Shown: positions 25,645-38,473 of the stretch, one piece after another | Numbering within the stretch: the first letter of the stretch is position 1 | Layout: every line of letters begins with the position of its first letter | NCBI GenBank assembly: GCA_040285825.1 | Contig: JAUPSS010000013.1 | Location: 372,001 to 436,000, forward strand | Direction: 5' to 3' | Source of the DNA: Eukaryota sp. TZLM1-RC | Lineage: Eukaryota > Protista > Metamonada: BaSk clade | DNA length: 64,000 nt | Translations under genes and position numbers: made by a program | Notes under the pieces: generated by a model | Seen by the model: only the letters and a program-made list of their open reading frames with translations | Told to the model about the DNA's origin: nothing | The model's database searches: none

Positions 25645-27470
25645 AACTTTAAAAGCTAGAACTCAATATCCTCAATACACGCATCAACATCATCAAATCT
25701 CCTAAGCGCGCGATTTTTATACTCTATTCCTAAATGTAACAGTGCTTTGGTCAGCATTTCTGGAATTGCTTTAAGAATACTAAAAACAATTTGATTTTGC
25801 CAGAAATTGAAGTTCAATTCTGTTCCTACTCTTCTTTTAAACTTCTGAAACTTTGGAGAGAATTAATGTCAGATATTCCAATGTTCCAATGTTAAAAAGT
25901 GAAACAGCAAACGGAACCAGCTGATACTTTACATGCTCAACACATCCTAGCTGAGATAAGGGTTCGTTGTACCTTTGATGCTCTTTTCAACAATGCAAAG
26001 CAGAGTTTCAACTTTTTTAGCAAAAACAATTGCTGAATTCTTACAAACATCAACAGTGACAACATCAACAACTTTGATCACACCATCAGACCCAGGTGTA
26101 ATTAAATCAACACGGCGTTTCCAAAAAGTATTTTCATCTTCATTTTCAGGTGACAACTTACGCTCAAGTGGTTCAAGCAAAGTTTCAATGTGGTGGCTTT
26201 TGTACATGGCATATAGTTTGTCTCTAACAGCATCGTGAACAACTGAGCTATGTGTAGTATTGAATTTGCAATTAAATAGATTATTCAGATGGATAAGCAG
26301 ACCACAACGACACATCAAATCATTTGGCACACTGCATGGCCACAAAAAACACCTCATCCTAAGGGCAGTTGTCCATTGATGATCATTCAACAATAGACCA
26401 TAAACATTTGGAATCTGGAAAATGAGACAACTGGAGCTACTTTCCTTAAGATCAATCAAAAGTTTGCAAAAACGGAATTCCTTTACTTAGCCAAGCTAAG
26501 ACGTACAGTAAAATCCAAGTTTTCACAAAATTTTAAAATCTTTTTCTGCAATTCGGGGTATGTACATCTTAAAGAAATCAAACTTCTGGGTGGAATTTCT
26601 TGAATATCGGTGGGAAAGTATTTGGACCATATTTGTGGAGAGAAACGGTCTATTTCATTTTGCAAAGACACCAAATAATCACAAACACATTATTTAATTA
26701 CATGTTCGTTTTGAGAAAAACGTTTCAAAAATTCAAAAATGAAATTTTTGCATCAATCAATAAATGCAACTTTACACAAATATTTAGATTTGTGAAAATC
26801 TAGGCTTTCTTATTCTGTGCTACAAAAGATATGACTACATAAAAAAGAAGAATCAATATGAAGCAAATTAGCCAACAACTTTATTCTTAATTCGTTGCAA
26901 ATTCTGCAAAATTCAAGAGATATTGACGGTGTGGTGGAACGCAGGATATGAATAAATTTACCTGAATAACAAATTCTGAGAAAGAAAAATCTGAGATGTT
27001 TTTCTTTGTTTAAATCTGAAAGAACAGCAAGTTCCTGTTCAAAATTTGCAAAAAGAGATGACAATTGATTTCGATTTTCATCAAAATTTAATAGATAACA
27101 ACGCAAAAATCGAAATCCTGATTCATAACAGTTGATGAAACGAACAGTTAGATCATCAATAACGACTGCAGCAGGGTCTCTACCAATCAATTAATATTTG
27201 GAAATCTTTATTGAAAGACCAATTTCATAATAGCACTGTTGAACAACTTTAGCAATTTTTTAATGAATCAATCGGACCAATTATTGAAATGTCATCCATA
27301 TAAACTGTAATTTCAATTGCTGGATATAGTCGTTTTAATTCACACATTAAAGGATGAATAGCGAGACAAAAGAAGAAAGGACCCAATGGATCACCTTGTT
27401 TAACACCAGATGATGATACAAGATTAAAGTCCTCATAAACAAGTGTTGATTGAGAACCATAGAAATTGCA
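25645..27470 (-). mobile_element. Decayed CRE family F copy
   Basis: GVKQGDPLGP (~27380-27410), YMDD, CRCG..HL..C, RRVDLITP..VDVVTVD. Confidence 0.88.
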
Positions 27471-27474
27471 AAAG

Positions 27475-27605
27475 AGGATGTTGAAAATGGTTTCTAATGC
27501 TTTACTTTCTCTTAGATCTCACTATGAGAAAGTGTCATTCAGTTGTTTCGATTTGGGAGAGATGGATCATCTAGATGTTAATTTCTAAGTTTTCTAATCA
27601 ATAAA
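27475..27605 (+). mobile_element. CRE family D 3' end fragment
   Basis: Matches 47310-47430. Confidence 0.75.
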
Positions 27606-27640
27606 TATAATGAAATTGTAATACTGTTTTAATACTTTGA

Positions 27641-30600
27641 TGTTGCCTTAGGTTGCAAAAGTGGTTGAGATAAAGATAATTTATTTTCTATTCATATTAT
27701 AAAAGCCTTAGGGCGCCAACACTGCTTTTTCCCTTTTTCAGAGCTAATAGGCTTATATAAATATGAATCTAAACTATAAACAAATAACTAAATAACTAAA
27801 TAACTACAAATAACCTAATCTAAACTGAGAATTAGCATCACTTCCTAATTCTAGTACTACGTCTAGGCCTCTTGCAAGGCGTAGAGCTATTGGAGGTACT
27901 CTTACGTTGACTAGAGGAACGTTTTCCAATTTTCTTGTTATTCCTACTGAACAACTTGTAAGCTTCTGAATGTTTAACTGAATGGAGAGGCTCTTCTGTT
28001 GTCTCACCGCCAAACCATTGAACAGTACAGAAACTATTTGAGTCAGAATTATATTCTGAGAGGATTTTCTCTATAATATGTTTCTCAGCATCGCCTGCTG
28101 CGACTGCTTTTAGAAATTCGATATCCTGAGGATTATCTGCGTTATAGATTTTGCAATCTTTCCTAGCAGCTTTTAATTCACTGCCAGTGATAAGATTCTT
28201 TAATAATAAACTGGAGTTGGAAGGATGGTCTATTACTAAAAAGGGTCCGTTCCAAGATCCATGTAATTTATTATTCTGTTTGGTTTTACGTAGGACATAG
28301 TCACCAATATTAAATACTATAGAGCGCGAATTAGTATTGTCTACTGAAATCGGAGTATTTGATAATTGATGACGCTCTGCTTCTTCCCTTTTTTCTTGCA
28401 GACGAGTATTTTTCATTTTAATATCGTCTAATAAAGGTATATTGGAATCAAATTTTGATAAGTTTCCTAATATGTTTGCAGGGTCCGATCTTGGACTAAT
28501 CGAAGATCCGAACATTAGTTCGTAAGGTGTAAAACCTGTCTTTCTGCTTTTAGTGGAATTGTTGTTGTCGAACTTAAATTGAATTAGTAGGTTTCATTGT
28601 ATTTTGACTGATGACGTGATACTCGTTTATGAATCAGTTTTATTAATAAACTCAGATTTCTCTCTCTCCTTCGTGTGTTCATCTGCCTAACGGCATCAAT
28701 AATTATTGGCCCTTCTTATTTCAGATGACTGTTCCCTCTGTTAACCTGAAGTCTCTTTCTTCCATGAAAGTTGAAAGTGTTTTTCTGTTCCTATAGGAGT
28801 GAAAGATTTATTCTTCGGTGACTCCTAAGAAAGAGCTTGTTCCAGCAAGACTCTTGGTCGATTCTTTTCTGTTAGAGTCCCTATCTCTCCAGAAATCCGA
28901 CGGCTGATCCAGTGACGATGTTCTTCTCAGACATCTACAATCTGTCGTATCGTTCGCCATGTACGAAGATTTTAGTCTGGCTATGTCAGAACTGATGCTT
29001 TATGTCCGTATTGGTGACGTCCGAGAACGTATGTCCTGTTACCTGCGACGTTTTTTCCAGGTAAAGAGTAGGGCTTCCGGACTGAAGTTGCCAGACATAG
29101 CTTTTCTGAACCGATTTGCCAGAGGACTTCTTTTCGTAGGTATCCAACGTTCTCATACCATCGATGCACCGGAGAATTTAACAAACCCCATATCTCCCCT
29201 CTATTGAGCCAGTACTGTATTTGTCCTCAGAAAAATGGGAAAAAGTAGTGTTGTTGTCGAACTTAAATTGAATTAGTAGGTTTCATTGTATTTTGACTGA
29301 TGACGTGATACTCGTTTATGAATCAGTTTTATTAATAAACTCAGATTTCTCTCTCTCCTTCGTGTGTTCATCTGCCTAACGGCATCAGAATCTATTAATA
29401 GTTGGGATATGGGTACATAAGTAGACCAATTTCCATAATCATTAAAATCTATTAATATTTTCCTCAAGCATTGTAGAACGTCTCTATGTTTTCGCTCTAC
29501 GAGTCCATTACTTTCAGAGTAGTGGGGTATTGAGTTACTCATCTCAATAGCTAATCTATTACACACTATCTTAAAAGTCTCATTGGCGAACTCAGGACCA
29601 TTATCACTATGAATTAACATAGGTATGCCAAAAATTGCGCCAACGTTCCAAATTAAAGCGTCTGCGGTATCTAAGGCAGTGAGTTCCTTCAGAGGGACTA
29701 AAATTGAATATCCAGTAAAAGAATCTACAAATACTAATAAGTATTTATTACCATCACTATCAGTATTCAGAGGTCCAATTGTGTCGACATTTAATCTAGC
29801 AAAAGGACGATCTGTCCAAAGGGAACCTGTGGAAGGTGTTTTTATTCTTTTAACTGGTGCCGTTTTTTGACAAGTTGGGCATCTTTTGATGTGGTTTATG
29901 AGGTCCTTTCTCATATTAGGCCAGAAAAAGTCGCTTTTGGACAGTTTATGTAGACTGTCGTTTTTGCTGGGGTGGCCTGATTGAACCAATCCATGAATTA
30001 ATAATAGTGCCTGTTTTCTGAGGCTTTTTGGAATTAAAATTTTATTTTTGTTGTTTTTCCAAATTTTGAGTATTTTCATCTAGAATTGCATTCTCAAATA
30101 GAAGGTCATTATTGTTTTTGGCTAATTGTTGTTCAGATCTTATTTTAGAGAACCAGGAGGAAAAAATAGATAAGTCCTGGTGTCTACTTAGGGATGAAAT
30201 TGATGGGATGTCTTCGAAGTCCGAATCAGAATCATCGTCTATAGGAGGTATCTCGTAATTCGAAAGTAAAGTATCTGGTATATTTATACTACATATAGAA
30301 GGAGTTTCCTCATTTTGATCTAAATCAATATTCCTCGATAGCATATCTGCCCAGTGGTTATCTTCACTTGGTTCATGGACTATATCAAAGTCGAATTCAG
30401 ATAGTATCGGCAGCCATCTCTTTACAATTCTATTTTTCTCTGGGGCTGTGGCCAGGAATGCAATATTTTTGTGATCGGTGAAAATTGTTAGATGTCTAGT
30501 CAAAAGGTAGCTTTCTAAACAACTTTCAGTTAAAATCAGAAGAATTGCATATAATTCTTTCTGTAAAGTGGACCATTTTCTTTGTGTTTCTGTAAGTAAT

Positions 30601-31540
30601 CTACTATAGAACGACAAAGGTTTCACTTTTCTTTTATTCAGCGGGGTTCCTGCAGGGGAGTATGGTTCAATTTCTTGCCAAATAACGCCTCCAACTGCTA
30701 CATCTGATGCGTCGGTACTTATTAGTACGCGCTTGCCCGGAGCTGGTAATTCAAGGGGCATGTGATTAATTATTAAATCTTTTATTTGTTCAAGATAATC
30801 GTCATGCTCGTTGGTCCATTTTATTACTCTAGGTTTTCCTTTAATTAACTCATTAATTGGAGCTATTAATTCGGAAATACCTGGAAGCCAATCTCTTATA
30901 TAATTGATGGACCCTACCAAAGAGCGAACTTCTTTCACTGATTTTGGTCTAGGGATTCTCATCAAGGCTTCGATTTTTTTTCTTACTAATAAATCTGGTT
31001 TTATCCTGGAAGGTGCTTCCTAAAATATCAATAGGGTGTTTGGATGTTACGAATTTACATTTACGTAAACCTATATTTACACGTCTATTTCTGGCGCATT
31101 GGAGGACTCTTTGTAATCTCTTATAGAATTCATCGAAAGTCGTTCCAACTATTATAATATCATCAATATATATGAAAACGCCATCAATTTGGAATATTTC
31201 CATCATTACATTTTGAAATACTGCTGGGATGTTCTTTAATCCGAAGCAAGCTCTTTTAAACATAATTGACCTTCCAGGGATTGAGATTGATGTTTTTTCA
31301 ATGTCCTTTTCTGCTACATTCATTTGCCAGAAAGCTTTTGGTAAATCAAGCGTGGCTATGTAATCTGCTCTACTTAAAAACTCTAAAATATCACTAATCC
31401 TAGGTAGATTAGGTTCTACTGAAATCGTGTGGGCATTGACTCCATCTTTACCGCTAAAGTCTCCCGTTAACCTGGGTTTCTTGCCGTCAGGATATATAAC
31501 TAAGACGATAGGAGAGCTGAATTTATAATTAGATTCAACT
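27641..31540 (-). mobile_element. pol: Ty3/Gypsy family B, 5'-truncated pol (RT-RNase H-integrase-chromodomain) with 81-bp 3'LTR
   Basis: FIYIDD, DASD, HHCC (H..GH..CPTC), DDE (VDTIG, HSDNG, GLVER), GPF and chromo-like tail. PPT at 27722-27739; LTR 27641-27721. Interrupted by a TRIM at 28560-29387. Confidence 0.93.
28560..29387 (+). mobile_element. Miniature non-autonomous LTR element (TRIM/TR-GAG-like), copy 1
   Basis: Identical 139-bp LTRs at 28560-28698 and 29249-29387 (TGTTG..GCATCA); TSD GAAT (28556-28559/29388-29391); PPT AGAAAAATGGGAAAAAGTAG; broken gag-like frame 28725-29207. Confidence 0.96.
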
Positions 31541-32520
31541 GTACCTTCGAGAACTTTTACCAATCTTCATCTTGCTATTGTGAAATTACAGCAGTCTGAT
31601 CTAATTGGTTTTGAAGACCTGGATTTTTCTAAACGACTTAGTGTGACTAAGATTAATAATCCCGTCTCTGCTGCCTTTTTATCAGACATCCAGAACTGCA
31701 CTAGTTTAATATCTCAGCAACCAAGGCCATTTGGTCTTCACTTAACAAATGAAGCATGGAAACAAAACATGCGGTTGAAATTGGGGCTGTATCCAAGTGG
31801 TCTTTTGGATAATTCTGTTTGTATTTGTAACGAAAAACCTACTGCCAATTTCCGTCATATTATTAGTTGTAAGAAATTCCTTCAATATCGGTCAGTTCTT
31901 CATAATGCCGTTCGTGATGTGACATATGAGATGTTCAAGTGTTACAATTTTAGTTGCAAAGTAGAACCGTTGTTGAATCAATATAGCGATAATAATCTGT
32001 TTAATTCACGTCGAGGTGATTTAATTGCTTCTTTTGTGGATTCCTCTCAAGTTGTTGTTGATTTTACTACAGTTGATCCCTATGCTTTTATTTATCGTGA
32101 TGATGTTTTACTTAGTGCTAATGGTCATTTAAACAAGGCTGAAGATCGTAAAAGAGATAAATATACTGAGATATTAAATGATTTAAATAAGAATCTTTAC
32201 TCGAAGTTTTCGTTTGTTCCTTTTGCCTTTTCGATTTTTGGCAACATTGGACAGTCTGCCTTGAATTTTATCAATGATTTTGGTAATTTATGTCGTTCAA
32301 GTGGTAAGAATTTTGCAGGGAATTTATGGAAGAATCGTATCATTTTCGCTTTGTACAGAAGTGTTCCCAAGTACTTGAGTTTAATGATGTCCAAGCTGTA
32401 TAAGGATTCATCAAGAGTTTGCGTGGAGAATTTTGTTTCTTATGTGTTTTAGTTTGTTTTGTTATGTTTTGTTATTTTTTTAATAAAATACATTTATAAA
32501 ATTGTATAAAATAAAATTCA
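31538..32520 (+). mobile_element. 5'-truncated CRE family A copy abutting the Gypsy B RT
   Basis: Highly similar to 853-1770; intact RLE C-terminus in ORF 31580-32452. Confidence 0.92.
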
Positions 32521-32673
32521 TAAATCAACCCAACCCATTAATGCCCCTATGTACTACTTTAAGGTAACTCTAGAGACCACATTCACGTGGATGATTACAT
32601 TTACAGGAAAAGGGTATCTCCATAAGCATTGCGAAGAAATCTGACATGAAAATGAACTGACGGTTTTGCATCA

Positions 32674-33402
32674 ATGAAGTGCGAAAGTATCTGTGCATTG
32701 ATATGTGTTCTAAGCCTGGGTTTTGGTGTGCTTCCCATTATGGATTTGAAAACCTTTTCTGTATTAGAGACTTTAGCTCTCTTATTTTCCCTCATACCTG
32801 TGGGTTCTGCCTCCTGGATCATCAGAGCAAAGTTACTCTACAACGGTTCTGTGCAGTGGAATCCAATCCTAGTGGCAGCAATTTCTATGTTTGGAATCTT
32901 TTTGGAACTTGTTCTTTGTTCACTTAAATTTTCCACCAAAGTCGATCATATTGTGCTTGTTATTATAGGTCTGCTTCAGTTGATTGTTTTAATTTGTTTT
33001 GCGGTTTTGATGTGCCTTCTTCTACCTGATATGGTCCTCCCAGTTGTCCTTTCAGTGATTGGTCTTTTTATGACAACAGTATTGGCAGAAGTTTGGTATG
33101 GCCAACCAAATCACCAAATCAATGAACTCAATCACAAATTCAATGAACTCAATCACAAATTCAATGAACTCAATCACAAATTCAATGAACTCAATCACAA
33201 ATTCAATGAACTAGATCACAAATTGGATCGATTGATGGAAGCCATCAACGGTAGGCCCCCAAAGCCGTCATTTGAAACAGAGGTACAATCATTTATCGAG
33301 CCACTCTCTGACGTCTTGGCCCGTCATCATCGTACAATTCACGATTTTGCAACAGTGTTTTCTCACCATACTAACACTAGTTCTGTTCATATCACACCAT
33401 AA
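32674..33402 (+). CDS. Hypothetical multi-pass membrane protein with heptad-repeat coiled coil
   Basis: About five hydrophobic segments followed by (NHKFNEL)n. Confidence 0.75.
   Translation: MKCESICALICVLSLGFGVLPIMDLKTFSVLETLALLFSLIPVGSASWIIRAKLLYNGSVQWNPILVAAISMFGIFLELVLCSLKFSTKVDHIVLVIIGLLQLIVLICFAVLMCLLLPDMVLPVVLSVIGLFMTTVLAEVWYGQPNHQINELNHKFNELNHKFNELNHKFNELNHKFNELDHKLDRLMEAINGRPPKPSFETEVQSFIEPLSDVLARHHRTIHDFATVFSHHTNTSSVHITP
33110..33225 (+). repeat. 21-nt coding tandem repeat (AATCACAAATTCAATGAACTC), ~5 copies
   Basis: Directly visible. Confidence 0.9.
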
Positions 33403-33504
33403 AGGAAGAAACCGTGTTATTTTTTTTTACTTACATCAAAATTCTTAACAAGATAAACACCTCCTAAATATTACCCCAATTCACCACTTTTACCATCATC
33501 AAAT

Positions 33505-34563
33505 GGATTCAACTTCTTTATTTTTCATTTAGAAAAACATATTAAGTTTTTTATGCTTAAATTTGCTTTACAAGGACAATAACCCATATTTTGAGATCTT
33601 GTGCTCTTTCCATCGCATTAGATTTTTGTCGTTTTGTTAATTCATTGAGAACAGAATTTTTTGCTGATTTATTGGATGTAGAACCTGGAATGTTGAAAAA
33701 TCACTTATTTTCGTCAGCAAATTTGGGTGGTATTGGCTGTACTAAATCTTCTATTGTGTGTCAATCAGCATTTATGGGCGGTGGCAAGAATTTGATTTAT
33801 GAATTTTCTCGTAAATTTCCTGAAAATTCTTATTTGTTAGTTCCCTGTTGCAGTCCATATTTGAATGAGTTTATCTTGCGAATCCGATAGATTGCTTACA
33901 CAAATCTGGACCAAATGTTTTCCCCAAACAACTCAAGAAATTCACAACCTATCTCTTTCTAATTTACAGTTTTGCTGTAAAAAGCTTCAACAAAAATTGT
34001 CAAAGATTTTTGAAAGCTTGGATTTTAATATTTCCCTTCTGCAACTCTTTTGCAAAATATGTGTGATATTACATCTTCTGTCTCAGAAACAACGATTCCT
34101 CAAGTTCATGTCACTCTTTTGAGTGATTTTGACTGGACTTTGTAAATGAAAGTTCATTGCTTTATCTGGCCTGATAATTTACCTTATAATTTAGTTTGTA
34201 AATGTTCTCGAAAAATTACTCATTTGTTAAATAGTCAACATTTCAGTAGTTTTAGAAGTAAGGTGCACGATGCTGTAAGAGATCAATTATATTGTATGTG
34301 CAAGACACATAGAATTGAATCCCTTTTGGAACCTCTGTTGTCAAATCTGTTTGATTCTGAAGATGACTTTCATAAGAATAATAGAAGAGATGTCATATTA
34401 ACTGGATGGAACCTTCATCTTATTGGATCTAATGTCTGTTGCTCCTTGTAATGCCTCAACTTATAGGCTCGCTTATTCTGAAATTCATAATCCTTTTTCA
34501 AGTGCTGATAATTTTAACATCAAAAAATACCACGAACCTTGATCCAAGTTGTCTAGCCAACAG
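33505..34563 (+). mobile_element. Decayed CRE family D copy (segmental duplicate of the 24.3-25.4 kb copy)
   Basis: Shares the same internal deletion (DFNISLLQL) as the 24285 copy. Confidence 0.88.
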
Positions 34564-36830
34564 TGTTGGTCTAAGTGCACGGGTTTCCATAAACTAAAAA
34601 TAAACAGAGTTTTGTGAAATGGAGTTAAGAAAATCAAAAAAGAATAATAGAAACTAGAAATTGAACTAATGATGATGTGCTACCACAAAATCTAAACTGA
34701 GAAGTGGCATTTAGCATTAGCTAACACTGCCTCTTCTTCTTTCTTCCACGTTTTCTCTGGGCAAGAGGATCAGACAACTTGATGAAACGGTGATAAGCGG
34801 AAGTATTCTTGATCGAGGCTTCAGGTTCTTTTGTGGTTGTACTATTAAACCAGAGGACGGTATCAAGATCGGTTTCAATTCCAAAGATGGTTTCTTGGAA
34901 CATTTATCCAGCATCAGCGGCAGTATATACGTCAAGGACAGCTGGGGGCAGAGAGGAATGACACGGTTTCACAAGGTAAGCAGATGTAGATCTATGTGGG
35001 GGTTCAGCAGGTACTGGTGATAATGAAGATCAGGGAGAAGTTGTTCCGGAGTCACTTCAGTGGGTTAAGGATGGAGATGCTAGACGGAAGTAGGACAGGG
35101 AGGTAGAGTGAAAGTTGAAATCATAAAGCTGCTTGCCATTAATTCTAGGAATCAGGATGTCAAGGGTCCTGGGAAAATGATCACACTTGGGGGAGTTGGA
35201 ACACTCTTGGGGGTTACATGGGGAGGCACTAGACCGTGGAAATGATATCTGGCTTGTTCAGCACGGTACCAGTGGCTATTAAGATACATATGGGGTCCTT
35301 CAACAATAGTAGGTGAGTTGATCATTCGGTGGAGACGAGTGAGGAGATGCCAATTTCTATCGAAACTGAAGGCGGCCATGTGTGTGAATAACGGAATCAA
35401 GTGGAAGATACAGACACTATCTATGATCGTTCCCAATGTGATATCAGGATGGAAATGATTGAGGATGACCAGGTGGGCGTTGAGGGGCATGGCGTCAGGG
35501 ACGTAGACTAGATAAGGCATCTTACCGTGATGGAAGTAGATACGAGAGTTCCAGTCAGCACAATGGATGAGGTCGTTGATTTTGAGGTTCCTGGAACCGA
35601 CATCTAAAGGGATATTTGCGTCATGAACAAAGGGTGCTGGGGCATCCTTATACAGAAATGGCAGGTCAAAGTAGTGGATGAAGAACTGAGCATATGTTGG
35701 AGAGGGGAGGTCGGAGTAACAGGGGTTGAGTTTAGAGTGTATAGAATGTTTACGGAAGTTCAAGTAAGCGGTTGTGGAATGAATGAGTGAAGTTTGGGTA
35801 CGGAGGTAGGTGGGGCTAAGTTTTGGATGCTTTTGATCTTTAAGGGGTCTATGCATCGTGTACAATTATCAAAAATGGTACCTAGGACTTTCACATGGTG
35901 TTTGTCACTTTGAAAAGAGCACTTGCGAAGACCTATTTTTACACAGAAACGGGATTTTTGGGATAGAATGAATTCAAGGCGTTGAAGATAGGATTCTTTA
36001 GTTCTGGCAGCAACATTGATGTCTTTTATGTCAATGAACACACCATGAGAGTGGAAAATTTGAGTCATGATCCTCTGGATTACAGCGGGTAAATTGTTCA
36101 AATCAAAGGCAGCGCGAGTGTACTTGATCTTGTGTCTGGGGATAGCAATGGCGGGCTTTTTTTGGTCATCTGGGTGTGAATGCAGTTGCCAGAAGGCTTT
36201 TGACGAACCCAGTGTGGCTATATACTTACAGTCGGACAAAAATTTACCTACGTCTGTAATGTGCGGCAGATCAGCGAAAATAAGGACAGAGAAATCGTCT
36301 ACTCCTTCAGCGCCGGAGTAATCACCTGTTAAGTGGAACTGGTTTTCCAGGTCGTTGGTCAAGACAAATGAGGGAACTTCTGGGAGTTTCGTACAGCACA
36401 GCGGATCCCTTGTTAACGAGGACATCTTTTTCCTCATGGGAGACCTTTAACTTATCGAGAAATAAGTAACGGAACTTCTTGGAGACCATCTGGGATTCGT
36501 CCTGGAAAAGAATTCCCATTGGTGGGCAATCGATTTCTTCGGGGTCTGGCAGCTTGGAGAATATTTCGGGGTATTTGAATAACAGTTTCTTGATAAAATG
36601 TTTCAAGCAGGTGTCAATGCGTAATAACGTAGTCTTCTCAAGGTCAGGCAAAGTAGTGAGAGCAGATACTAAATCAGAAGGCAGGATTAATTGGTCGGGG
36701 ATGAACTCATCTTCCAAGAGTTGCAGATTCCTATAAAATAGGTTGAAAAACAGGTAGTCAACCATTAGGATATCTAGTTTCTTGAGTAAATCGCAGCAAA
36801 TCATACAGGAGTTATAGCAGGTCAGTACGG
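34564..36830 (-). mobile_element. Decayed Ty3/Gypsy family C (RT and chromodomain remnants)
   Basis: HLTGDYSG, YIATL..KAFWQL and a degenerate FIDIKD; TVLWFNSTTTKEP tail; LTR-like segment 34564-34687. Confidence 0.8.
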
Positions 36831-36864
36831 CAAAATTAGCGTCTATTTAATCCAATTTAGTGTA

Positions 36865-37388
36865 AAAAACAATGAATGGCTTTGAAACATGCGTTTTCGT
36901 TTTTTTCTGTGGCCAAACAATTTGCCCAATCATTTAACTTGTAAATGTGGTGAACCTCTTTTGTTTACTCATCTTTTGAACTGTCAACATTTTATTGCGT
37001 TTAAAAGCAAGGTGCAAATTATGTCAAGGACCAAATTTATGTAATGTGCAAATCATATCGAGTAGATTCCTTGTTAGAGCAGTTGTTATCAAATTCTTGA
37101 TGACTTCAATATTGATAGTACCCGTTACAACAGAGCTCCTATGGGTCTGATAAGAGGTGATCTAGTTGTTCCCGGTTTAAATGATAGTTTTACTATTTTA
37201 GACGCCATGTTTATTGACCCTTGTAATTCCTCTAACGAACATCTCATTAACTCGGATGTAAATAATCCTCTTCTTGCAGGCGAAAAATATAAAATTGCTA
37301 AATATGCGAAACCCATTTCCTCGATTAATGAAAATTCTCATGCCCAATACAATTTGTATCCCTTTGTTTTTTCTTTGCTTGGATCTCT
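36865..37388 (+). mobile_element. CRE family C fragment (plus arm of inverted pair)
   Basis: MGLIRGDLVVPGLN..IDPCNSSNEH. Confidence 0.88.
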
Positions 37389-38473
37389 TGATTCAGAAAA
37401 TTTCCCAAAAGAAGACAGTGAATCAGAAATTAGTTTTGCAATTCCCTTAAAAATAATAAATACAATCCTGTTTTGCCAGTAAACACGATTAAAAATTCTT
37501 TTAGTTCTTTCCTTTACAACTACAACAAAATCCTCAAGAAAAGCCATAGCAGCCTCACCCAATGATCCAAGCAAAGAAAATACAAAGGGACATAAATTAT
37601 ATTGGGCATGAGAATGTTTACTAATCGAGGAAATGGGTTTCGCATATTTAGCAATTTTATATTTTTCGCCTGTAAGAAAAGAATTATTTACATCCGAGTT
37701 AATGAGATGTTCGTTAGAGGAATTACAAGGGTCAATAAACATGGCGTCTAAAATAGTAAAACTACCATTTAAACCGGGAACAACTAGATCACCTCTTGTC
37801 AGACCCATAGGAGCTCTGTTGTAACGGGTACTATCAATAGTAGGATCATCGAGAATTAATTATGATAACAGCGATTCTAAAAGGGAATCTACTCGATATG
37901 ATTTGCACATTACATAAATTTGGTCCCTGACGTTTTTATGCATTTTGCTTGTAAATGTAATTAAATGTTTACAGTTCAAAAGATGAGTAAACCAAAGAGG
38001 CTTATCACATTTACAAGTTAAATGATTCGGTAAATTCCTTGGCCACAGAAAACAACGAAAACGCATGTTTAAAAGCCATTCATTGTTTTTTAACAAAAGT
38101 CCATATACAGGGGGAATTTTAGTTACTAAAGCAGCAGCAGAGCTATCACGAATATCCTTTAAAAAATTACTGAAAGTGGGATTTTTAGTTTTGGCCAAGC
38201 CATAATCCAAGCCTTCATATAAATTAATGGTGCTGAAGCTTTTTCAAGCAAAAACGTAAATTTGGAAGTGATTGGGTGGGCATTTCTTGAATATTTTGAG
38301 GAAAACACTGAATCCAGATCACTAGGCAAATTATCTAATTCAATTTGAAGTTGATTCAAATAAAAGTGAAGGTCACCATGAATCAGATGAAAATCATAAG
38401 GAAACCTTTGACACAATTCAAAAATAAAACATTTTCCACCTCCTAAAAAAGCTGCTTTACATAAAATCGAAGA
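37389..38473 (-). mobile_element. CRE family C fragment (minus arm of inverted pair)
   Basis: ORFs 37338-38416 match 40039-41224. Confidence 0.88.

Noticed and set aside
28725-28802. Alternative genetic code (TAG/TGA as sense codons)
   Set aside because: Host genes in the window end in TAA, TAG and TGA, and their conserved domains have no internal stops.
29273-31563. Recoding between Gypsy B RT, RNase H and integrase ORFs
   Set aside because: The breaks are single-base shifts in or near A/T runs, and the homologous Gypsy A region is one continuous frame; error or decay is simpler.
35152-35865. 237-aa His/Pro-rich ORF as a host gene
   Set aside because: Lies inside the decayed Gypsy C element between the RT and chromodomain remnants; no function can be supported.
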